Shown: positions 48,399-55,434 of the stretch, in pieces
Layout: every line of letters starts with the position of its first letter
How positions within the stretch are numbered: position 1 is the stretch's first letter
NCBI GenBank assembly: GCA_013003715.1
Contig: JABDIN010000022.1
Location: forward strand, 9,611 to 73,610
Length of the DNA: 64,000 bases
Reading direction: 5' to 3'
Source of the DNA: Desulfobacteraceae bacterium
GTDB lineage: Bacteria; Desulfobacterota; Desulfobacteria; Desulfobacterales; Desulfosarcinaceae
Translations under genes and position numbers: made by a program
The notes under the pieces: generated by a model
What the model was told of the DNA's origin: nothing
The model's database searches: none
What the model saw: only the letters and a program-made list of their open reading frames with translations

Positions 48399-48414
48399 TG
48401 GCACATGGGTTGCT
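48399..48414 (+). promoter_or_regulatory. Sigma-54 (-24/-12) promoter of the rhodanese-cytochrome operon
   Basis: TGGCACatgggTTGCT. GG (48400-48401) and GC (48412-48413) are 12 nt apart, matching the consensus TGGCAC-N5-TTGCW. It lies 87 nt upstream of ATG 48501 and divergent from a sigma-54 activator gene. Confidence 0.8.
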
Positions 48415-48500
48415 AATCTGGCATGGAGACCATGATACCGGTCCGTATGATGCTGTCCGGTTCAAAAATATTATACCTATGAAAAGGAGCGTAAAAACCC

Positions 48501-48845
48501 ATGACGAAAAAATGGCTGATCATTGTAGCGATGACCCTGGCATCTGTGTATCTGGCAACAGCTGTGTTCGCAGAAGAAGCCGGAAATAAACGAAAAGGCA
48601 AATACCTCTACCGAAAGGTGTACAAGGCTTGCAACGAAAGGGGTGAGGTGGAATCCCCGAAGCCCAGCCTGAATCCGGATGCAAAAACCCAGGGTGAGTG
48701 GAAAGATATATTCGAGAATGAACTTTTTACGGAATTCGGTTGTACCGAGGAGTGGGAAGCGCTTTCGGATCAAGCGCTGCTGGATATTTTCACTTACCTT
48801 CACGATCATGCCGCTGATTCTCCCACACCGTTAAAGTGCAAATAA
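48501..48845 (+). CDS. Small periplasmic protein of unknown function (first gene of the sigma-54 operon)
   Basis: Signal peptide MTKKWLIIVAMTLASVYLATAVFA. 114 aa with three Cys and no CXXCH. RBS AAAGGAG. Confidence 0.6.
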   Translation: MTKKWLIIVAMTLASVYLATAVFAEEAGNKRKGKYLYRKVYKACNERGEVESPKPSLNPDAKTQGEWKDIFENELFTEFGCTEEWEALSDQALLDIFTYLHDHAADSPTPLKCK

Positions 48846-48922
48846 CGCATGGACGGGTGATGCAGGATAGGTGGACGACACAGATTCATAACCCTTTCTT
48901 TCAAATTTCAGGAGTTGTACCT

Positions 48923-50068
48923 ATGAGAGCAAAAACAATCATTTCCCTTTTGACGGCAATTACATTGGCAGTGGTTGCCGGTTGCGCCGGTACACAGCAG
49001 GCAGCCGCCCCCCAGGCCGAAGCCGGCGGTACGCCGGATTGGTTTTTCCATGACATCGTCGGCGCCGCATTTGTGGCCCAGTATGTTCAGATACCCATGC
49101 CCGAAGATGTGATGATCATCGATGCGCGTCCCAAGCGCACCAAATATGACAAAGGGCATATCCCCATGGCGGTCAGCATACCGGACAGCCAGTTCGAAAA
49201 GCTCACCGATCTGTTGCCCGAAAAAAAGGACGTGCTCCTGATCTATTATTGCGAAGGACCGGCCTGTAAACTCAGCCACAAATCCGCTCGAAAAGCCGAG
49301 TCTCTGGGATACACGAATGTGAAGGTGTATGCCGACGGATTTCCCGGATGGATGAAAATTGCCGGTCATTATGCCGCGGTTTCCGAGAACTGGGTAAAAA
49401 ATCAGTTGGACAAGCAGGCGGACATTACCCTGGTGGATTCCCGTCCCAAACGGACCAAATACGATAAAGGGCATATTCCCACCGCCATCAGCATACCGGA
49501 TAGTCAATTCGATAAACTCACGGCACAACTCCCCCGGGACAAGGAAAAAGCACTGGTGTTTTATTGTGGCGGACTTAAGTGCAAATTGAGTCATAAAAGC
49601 GCTGAAAAGGCCATTGCCGCAGGGTACACCAATGTCAAGGTCTTCGCCGCCGGATATCCTGCCTACACCGCCCTCATGGCCGATACCGGGGAAACGGCCG
49701 GGGTCGTGGCAGCGACTTCCATGAAATCCGGTGCTGATGAGGGAACCATAGACAACCAGGAGTTCGTGAATCTGGTAAAGAACCAACCCGACAGCCTATA
49801 CCTGGTGGATGTGCGGGATCCGGATGAATACGCCAAAGGAAGTTTCAAAACGGCCGTGAACATTCCCGTTGATCAACTTGAATCGAAAATCAAGACCTTG
49901 CCCACGGACAAGCCCGTCGTCTTTGTCTGCGGCACTGGTGCCCGCAGTGGAGAGTCATACTACATGGTTCAGGATTTGCGGCCGGAACTTAAAAACGTAT
50001 TTTACGTCGAGGCGGAATTGGCCTTTAAGAAGGATGGTTCATTCGATCTGACCGAACTGAAGAATTAA
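48923..50068 (+). CDS. Periplasmic lipoprotein with three rhodanese domains (sulfurtransferase-like)
   Basis: I choose the ATG at 48923 (RBS AGGAG). Lipobox LAVVAGCAG. Domains 1 and 2 are near-duplicates (D[AS]RPKRTKYDKGHIP.A.SIPDSQF.KLT ... YC.G..CKLSHKSA.KA...GYTNVKV). Domain 3 has a classical loop, VFVCGTGARSGE. Confidence 0.85.
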   Translation: MRAKTIISLLTAITLAVVAGCAGTQQAAAPQAEAGGTPDWFFHDIVGAAFVAQYVQIPMPEDVMIIDARPKRTKYDKGHIPMAVSIPDSQFEKLTDLLPEKKDVLLIYYCEGPACKLSHKSARKAESLGYTNVKVYADGFPGWMKIAGHYAAVSENWVKNQLDKQADITLVDSRPKRTKYDKGHIPTAISIPDSQFDKLTAQLPRDKEKALVFYCGGLKCKLSHKSAEKAIAAGYTNVKVFAAGYPAYTALMADTGETAGVVAATSMKSGADEGTIDNQEFVNLVKNQPDSLYLVDVRDPDEYAKGSFKTAVNIPVDQLESKIKTLPTDKPVVFVCGTGARSGESYYMVQDLRPELKNVFYVEAELAFKKDGSFDLTELKN

Positions 50069-50109
50069 CGCGGTATTACACTTTTTTATGATCACACCAG
50101 GACCGGGTG

Positions 50110-50140
50110 TTGACAATCCGGCTCCTGGTGCTGTTACAAT
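50110..50140 (+). promoter_or_regulatory. Possible internal sigma-70-type promoter ahead of the cytochrome genes
   Basis: TTGACA (50110-50115) and TACAAT (50135-50140), but with a long 19-nt spacer. Lies in the 166-nt gap between the rhodanese and cytochrome genes. Confidence 0.35.
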
Positions 50141-50234
50141 ACGGTGCGAGTGTTTTTCCCATCACGGAGCAGCCGGTATTAATAGAGAGATGGCGGCAAT
50201 CATGGCGCATCCCCTTCGTATCAAGGAGCAATCG

Positions 50235-51854
50235 ATGAAAATAGAGAGATGGCGGCCATTTTGGCATACCCCAGTTTGGTTTTTATCCCTAATTCTCGTG
50301 ATCGGCATCCTCCCCGTCCATGCTGATGAAAATGAGGCCCCTGCCGCCCCTGGCCGCACCATGGCCCGTCAGGCGATAAAAGGCGCCGAGGCATGGAGCA
50401 CCGTCGACCACGCCAAGCTTCAAGCGTTGAATAAAAACTTCGCCACGGGTGCCGAGATTACGGATGCCTGTTTATCCTGTCACAGCGAAGCAGATGCCCA
50501 GTTCAGGGAAAGCATCCACTGGACTTGGCTGGCCAACGGCGACCGGGAAAAAGGGAAAGCCGGGTATTCGTTGAATAATTTTTGCCTTTCCACCAATAAA
50601 CTGGCCGACGAAAGTTGCCTGGCCTGTCATCCGGGTTGGGGTACCCGGCGTGAAGCGATCAATTGCCTGGCTTGTCACAGCCGGAAAACCATGAATTTCG
50701 AAGAAGCCTTTGAAGACTACCAGGCTTTTTCCGTGGAAACCGATGATGAATCCATTGAAATAGCCAAGGAGATCCAGGTCAGCATCCAGGCCGCTGCCCA
50801 GGACATCGGCCGTCCCGTTCGCGATAATTGCGGTTCCTGCCATTTTTACGGCGGCGGGGGCGATGGCGTGAAGCACGGCGATTTAGATTCTTCCCTGGCC
50901 AAACCGAGTAAATCCCTGGATGTCCACATGGGCGTCGACGGACAAAATTTTGATTGTGTCCGCTGTCATACCACGGTTTCACACCATATTGCCGGACGGG
51001 TGTATACGACGCCGGCCGCCAGCCACCGCAAGAGCCTTGTCGAAGATGACCTGGCCGCGAAGATCACCTGTGAGTCCTGCCACACGGCAACGCCCCACCG
51101 TGATGGGTCGAAGGTGAACGACCACACGGACAAGGTGGCCTGCCAAACCTGTCACATCCCCGAGTTTGCAAGAGAGAAACCCACCAAGTTGTCATGGGAC
51201 TGGTCCCAGGCGGGGAAACTCAAGGACGGGAAACCATACAAAACCAAGGACGAATTCGGCCAATACGATTACATGAGCATCAAGGGCAGCATGGAGTGGG
51301 CGAAACAGGTGCGGCCCGAATATCACTGGTTCAACGGTTCCATCCGGAGCCTCACCCTGAAGGATGAGATCACGCCTGGAGAGACAGTGCCTGTGAGCCG
51401 GCCCGTGGGCGGCCGCGAGGATATAAATTCCCGTATATATCCATTTAAAATTCATCGCGGTGTGCAGCCTTATGACACCAAGACCAACCGACTGCTTGCC
51501 CCTTTGCTTTCCGGTGCCGACGGATATTGGACGACATTGGATTGGCAGCGGGCCCTGTCAACAGGGATGAAGGCGGTGGACCTGGAATACTCGGGAGATT
51601 TTGAGTTTGTGGAAAGCACCTATGTGTTTCCCATCACCCATATGGTGGCTCCCGGAGAAAAAGCCTTGAGCTGTAATGACTGTCATGTGAACACGGGCAG
51701 CCGTCTGTCCACCCTCACAGGATTTTATATGCCCGGACGTGACGCCGCAAATCCCGTCAACTCGATGGGCTGGTTGCTGGTACTGGGTTCCGTGGTCGGC
51801 ATATTGGTCCACGGTGTCGGCCGGTTTTTTACCAATGGCAACAAGGAGAAGTAA
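50235..51854 (+). CDS. Octaheme c-type cytochrome, tetrathionate-reductase (Otr) family-like, with a C-terminal hydrophobic anchor
   Basis: I choose the ATG at 50235 (RBS AAGGAG). Signal/anchor VWFLSLILVIGILPVHA. Eight CXXCH motifs: CLSCH, CLACH, CLACH, CGSCH, CVRCH, CESCH, CQTCH, CNDCH. Also CHFYGGGGDGVKHGD. C-terminal helix WLLVLGSVVGILVHGVG. Confidence 0.88.
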   Translation: MKIERWRPFWHTPVWFLSLILVIGILPVHADENEAPAAPGRTMARQAIKGAEAWSTVDHAKLQALNKNFATGAEITDACLSCHSEADAQFRESIHWTWLANGDREKGKAGYSLNNFCLSTNKLADESCLACHPGWGTRREAINCLACHSRKTMNFEEAFEDYQAFSVETDDESIEIAKEIQVSIQAAAQDIGRPVRDNCGSCHFYGGGGDGVKHGDLDSSLAKPSKSLDVHMGVDGQNFDCVRCHTTVSHHIAGRVYTTPAASHRKSLVEDDLAAKITCESCHTATPHRDGSKVNDHTDKVACQTCHIPEFAREKPTKLSWDWSQAGKLKDGKPYKTKDEFGQYDYMSIKGSMEWAKQVRPEYHWFNGSIRSLTLKDEITPGETVPVSRPVGGREDINSRIYPFKIHRGVQPYDTKTNRLLAPLLSGADGYWTTLDWQRALSTGMKAVDLEYSGDFEFVESTYVFPITHMVAPGEKALSCNDCHVNTGSRLSTLTGFYMPGRDAANPVNSMGWLLVLGSVVGILVHGVGRFFTNGNKEK

Positions 51855-51857
51855 ATC

Positions 51858-52502
51858 ATGGCGAATCAAATGGCCCACATATATTTGTATACCCGGTTTG
51901 AACGGTTCGGGCATTGGCTGCAGATGCTGTTGATCCTCATCCTGCTCGTTACCGGCCTCGAGGTACATGGCTCATTTGCCCTGATGGGATATGAACGGGC
52001 GGTATCCGTTCACAATTTTTGCGGTGTGGCCTGGCTGGTATTGTTCGCTTTCCTCACATTCTGGGTGTTTACCACGGGTGAATGGCGCCAATATGCCCCC
52101 ACCACCAAAAAGATGCTGGATGTGATCAAGTACTATGGTTACGGTATCTTCAAAGGTGAACCGCATCCGGTGCCGAAACGCAAGCACGCGAAACACAATC
52201 CGTTGCAACGCCTGACCTATCTCATTCTGGCGGCGGCATTGCTGCCGGTTCAGATGATCACCGGCCTTTTATACTGGGGATACAATTCATGGGAAACCCT
52301 GGGACTGTCGTCGTTGTCGTTGACGGCCGTCGCTTTGGTGCATCTTGCCGGTGCGTTTGCCGTTTTTTCATTTATCATTGTCCATGTATACATGACAACC
52401 ACCGGGCATACGATTTTCGCCCACACCCGCGCCATGGTCACCGGTTATGAATATGTGGAAGAGGGCCTTGAAATCGAGGCTTGGGAAAAAAAGGGTACGT
52501 GA
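51858..52502 (+). CDS. Membrane b-type cytochrome (Ni/Fe-hydrogenase / FdnI / PhsC-like cytochrome b family)
   Basis: Starts 3 nt after the octaheme gene stop. RFERFGHWLQMLLILILLVTG... Four TM helices with conserved His positions (HW, VHNF, VHLAGAF, IIVHVYM). 214 aa. Confidence 0.85.
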   Translation: MANQMAHIYLYTRFERFGHWLQMLLILILLVTGLEVHGSFALMGYERAVSVHNFCGVAWLVLFAFLTFWVFTTGEWRQYAPTTKKMLDVIKYYGYGIFKGEPHPVPKRKHAKHNPLQRLTYLILAAALLPVQMITGLLYWGYNSWETLGLSSLSLTAVALVHLAGAFAVFSFIIVHVYMTTTGHTIFAHTRAMVTGYEYVEEGLEIEAWEKKGT

Positions 52503-52590
52503 TGCCTTTCGTTTCCCGTTGAGTGGCGGTTTTTAATTGTTGTCGAATTCTGAGATAACCCGATACCAGTAATCATTGCTGGTCCGATTG

Positions 52591-52642
52591 ATACCGGGTG
52601 CCGATAATAATGCTTTCGGCACCCGGTATTTATTTTTGTTTT
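52591..52642 (+). terminator. Intrinsic terminator of the rhodanese-cytochrome operon
   Basis: 14-bp perfect stem, ataccgggtgccga pairing with tcggcacccggtat, with an 11-nt loop, followed by ttatttttgtttt. Confidence 0.85.
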
Positions 52643-52941
52643 ATCGGCACCGGTAGATCGCGTGGGAACCGAGATAAACAATGTGCGTATTCTCATATCC
52701 CTGTTTTGACCTCATTGTTTGCGGGAGGGCACCATGGCAGGGCGCGAGGGATGGGTAATAAGTACGCGGTTTCATCGGTTTCCGCGGGTAATTTTTACCC
52801 GGAAAGCGAATATCCGGCATCTGCGGTTCCACCTCGCCCACGGCATATGTTTTTTATCTTATCATTGAAAATTTAAATAAATATAACAACATGTTAAAAA
52901 AAAGGCAGGACAGTGGAAAATGTTGCCGTTTTTGCATTAAA

Positions 52942-52957
52942 TGGCCCATTCTTTGCT
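52942..52957 (+). promoter_or_regulatory. Sigma-54 (-24/-12) promoter candidate for the DUF4405-like gene
   Basis: TGGCCCattctTTGCT. GG (52943-52944) and GC (52955-52956) are 12 nt apart. It lies 94 nt upstream of ATG 53051. Confidence 0.55.
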
Positions 52958-53050
52958 ATCTGTAATACGTATCAAACACTTTTTAAGAGACAGATCCTTA
53001 ATATCAGGTAAATACAACTCTTCAGAATGATTATCGGAGGAAATCAAAAC

Positions 53051-53878
53051 ATGAAAATACGTAAAATCACCTCATTGACCGCATTGGTGTCTTTTCTGCT
53101 GCTCATCACCACCAGTTTTATTTTATATGTTGTACCGGCCGGAAGAGTCGCTTATTGGGCGAACTGGAAATTATTGGCGCTGACCAAGGAACACTGGACG
53201 GATGTGCATATAAACCTAGGTTTTTTATTCCTCATCTCCATCGGATTGCATATCTATTACAATTGGAAGCCGATCGTCTCGTATCTCAAAAACAAGACCC
53301 GTCAGGTCAAAGTGTTCACACCGGACTTCAATGCGGCCGTGATTATCAGCATTGCGGTCGTCATCGGTACATTGGTGGGCGTTCCCCCATTCAGCACCGT
53401 GATCGGAATCGGTGCCTCCATCAAGCAGACAGCGGCTGACAAATATGGTGAACCACCCTATGGACATGCGGAAATGTCCAATTTAAAATCGTTTGCCACG
53501 AGAATGGGGATGGATTTAGGGGAGAGCATGAATAAGCTCAAGGCCGGCGGCATAAAATTCGATAATGACATGCAGACACTGTCCCAGATCGCCGAACAGA
53601 ACGATATATCGCCCCAGCAGGTCTATCTGGTCATGGCACCGTCGGAAGAAGCGGCGACCGTATCCAATGGTTTACCCGCTGAGCCGAAAGCCGGTTTGGG
53701 AAACCGATTATTATCCGATATCTGCGAGGAGTATGCGCTGGACGTCACCCTGGTCGTATCCACACTCGAAAAAAATAACATTAAAGCATCTTCGGATATG
53801 ACCATGAAGACAATAGCGGCTGACAATGGTATGAGTCCGCATGACGTTTACGATGCCATAAAAGTCGCCATGCGTTGA
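53051..53878 (+). CDS. DUF4405-like membrane protein with two C-terminal soluble repeats
   Basis: I choose the ATG at 53051 (RBS GGAGGA). Three TM helices with His residues (HWTDVHINLGFLFLISIGLHIYYNW). Two ~55-aa internal repeats end in ...ISPQQVYLVM and ...MSPHDVYDAI. Confidence 0.7.
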   Translation: MKIRKITSLTALVSFLLLITTSFILYVVPAGRVAYWANWKLLALTKEHWTDVHINLGFLFLISIGLHIYYNWKPIVSYLKNKTRQVKVFTPDFNAAVIISIAVVIGTLVGVPPFSTVIGIGASIKQTAADKYGEPPYGHAEMSNLKSFATRMGMDLGESMNKLKAGGIKFDNDMQTLSQIAEQNDISPQQVYLVMAPSEEAATVSNGLPAEPKAGLGNRLLSDICEEYALDVTLVVSTLEKNNIKASSDMTMKTIAADNGMSPHDVYDAIKVAMR

Positions 53879-53884
53879 TTAAAC

Positions 53885-54048
53885 GCAGGGAGTGTTATCC
53901 TGCTGCAACCGCATTTAAAAATGGTATGGTTGGAATAGTGTCCTTTAAAACCAGGCAATCTCACCGGTAATGTCAAATGACAAAGCTCAAATTTCAAATG
54001 AAGGTATGCTATCCATTTTCAAGGAACGATTGGACCATAAAGTGAATA
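53885..54048 (+). repeat. Intergenic repeat module M1, copy B
   Basis: Homologous to 37960-38058 and 63206-63324 (gcaggga...catttaaaaatggta.ggttggaatagtgtcc...ggtaatgtcaaat...ggtatgctatccatttt...aaggaacg.ttgg.c.ataa.gtgaa). Has 4 heptamer units (53972-53999) and a 12-nt insertion. Confidence 0.85.
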
Positions 54049-54060
54049 CAAAACGACAGT

Positions 54061-54154
54061 ATTCCGCCATTTGACATTATCAACGTACCTTGTATCAAAG
54101 CAGAGCAGTATTTCAACGTATCCGATGCCATGACATATCTACATGCGATCACCC
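54061..54154 (+). repeat. Intergenic repeat module M2, copy B
   Basis: attccgccatttgacatta...gtaccttgtatcaa...gtatccgatgccatgacatatctacatgcgatcaccc, homologous to 55200-55312 and 63484-63577. Its 5' part is the inverted complement of the taatgtcaaatggcgg core of M1. Confidence 0.85.
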
Positions 54155-54205
54155 CATGGCTCATTTGGATTGTGTTATCGGAATAAGGTGTTATATGAAA
54201 ACCGG

Positions 54206-55135
54206 ATGACCCATGTGTTGATCATTTCGGATATCGAGGGGAGTTCCGCATGCTGGGATAGAGCCGGCGCCGCGTTTTTAACCCGGCAATGGCGAAAGGC
54301 ATGCATCGGCATGTCCCTCGATATCAATGCCGTGGTGACCGCTTTGTTCGCGGCGGGTGCGGCTTCGGTCCGGGTAAAGGATTTCCATCGCACCGGATAT
54401 AACCTGATCACCTCGGTCATTCATCCCGGCGCACAAATCGACCAGGGGTACCATGCGGGGCCCGTGCCCGGTGTGGGTGATCCGGGTGAATGCCGGACGT
54501 TGATGATGATCGGCATGCATGCGGCTTCCGGTACCGCCGGATTCATTCCGCATACATTGACTTCCCGGATTTCTTCCCTGGTGATAAATGGTTGCCCGAC
54601 GGCTGAGGTGTCGTTGTTCGCAGCCTCCCTGGCACCCTTCGGCCTGCGGCCGGCTTTTTTTTCCGGTTGTCCACGGGCATGCCGTCAAGCCTTGTCGGCG
54701 ATGCCGGAAATTCATACCCATGCCATTGACAAATCCGGTGGCCTGGAAGACTTCGATGCGGTTGCTTACCGGCACCGGCTTGCCGAAGCCGCGGTTGCAT
54801 CCCTGTCCAACGACGCCGCAGAACCATTCGATTGGCAGGGTCCTTTTGATGTCCGGGTGACGTTTCGGAACGGTCCACCGGCAGCGCGTCAGATTGGTGA
54901 CCGCTGGGGATATCAGGTGGACCGCGATATGGTTCTTTTTCGAGCGGATCACTTTCGTGAGATGTACATGACCCTGATCCGCATATGCTACCTGACCCCT
55001 TTGCGGGAAAAGATACTCCCTTTCAGCCTTGGGGCCTTCAATGCCATGGGCCGTCTTGGGCTGGCGTATGCGAAGATGATGGAAAGCAGCAGGATCCGTT
55101 CCTTGAGACATGCAGACGATGAACTAACTTATTGA
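54206..55135 (+). CDS. M55-family peptidase (D-aminopeptidase DppA-like)
   Basis: I choose the ATG at 54206 (MTHVLIISDIEGSS...). Collinear with my recollection of B. subtilis DppA motifs (S.D.EG.SG; V.V.D.H; G.HA..GT.G...H). The upstream part of the ORF-track version lies within repeat M2. Confidence 0.7.
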   Translation: MTHVLIISDIEGSSACWDRAGAAFLTRQWRKACIGMSLDINAVVTALFAAGAASVRVKDFHRTGYNLITSVIHPGAQIDQGYHAGPVPGVGDPGECRTLMMIGMHAASGTAGFIPHTLTSRISSLVINGCPTAEVSLFAASLAPFGLRPAFFSGCPRACRQALSAMPEIHTHAIDKSGGLEDFDAVAYRHRLAEAAVASLSNDAAEPFDWQGPFDVRVTFRNGPPAARQIGDRWGYQVDRDMVLFRADHFREMYMTLIRICYLTPLREKILPFSLGAFNAMGRLGLAYAKMMESSRIRSLRHADDELTY

Positions 55136-55199
55136 ATCATCACCCAACCCGCTCATCCCCCGCCACCTGTTCAATTACGCCCACATCCCTTGAATGCAT

Positions 55200-55312
55200 C
55201 CCTTCATTTGACATTTGGATTTCGTAAGTTGAAATTATAACCGTGCCTTATGTCAAAGGATATCTATCGTTTATAGTATCTGAGGCCATGCCGAATCCAC
55301 ATGCGATCACCC
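55200..55312 (+). repeat. Intergenic repeat module M2, solo copy
   Basis: cccttcatttgacattt...atgtcaaagg...gtatctgaggccatgccgaatccacatgcgatcaccc. The 37-nt 3' block differs from the 63541-63577 copy at 4 positions. Confidence 0.85.
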
Positions 55313-55434
55313 TGTGCGCAGCCCACCCCCTGATTGACTCTCTGTTCCATCTGACTTATACACATCAGGTCGTCATTGGGATATGGACCAGGTTCCACAA
55401 CTACGAACATCAACCCTTTTGAACATCAGAGATC

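Noticed and set aside
52536-52600. A TPP-riboswitch-like string, CTGAGAtaACCC...CCAGTAATCATTGCTGG.
   Set aside because: It lies in the 3' UTR of the cytochrome b gene, just before its terminator. It lacks the upstream GGGGUGC element and the ACCUGAUCUGGAUAAUGCCAGCG core, and no thiamine gene follows.
53885-54154. Interpreting the M1+M2 repeats as a MITE or IS remnant, or as a coding mini-gene (MDSIPPFEL / MDSIPSFEI / MDSIPPFDI... on the minus strand of M1).
   Set aside because: There are no terminal inverted repeats, no target-site duplication I could see, and no transposase. The 9-codon frame has no SD and is disrupted differently in each copy by the heptamer indels. Substitutions between copies show no clear third-position bias.
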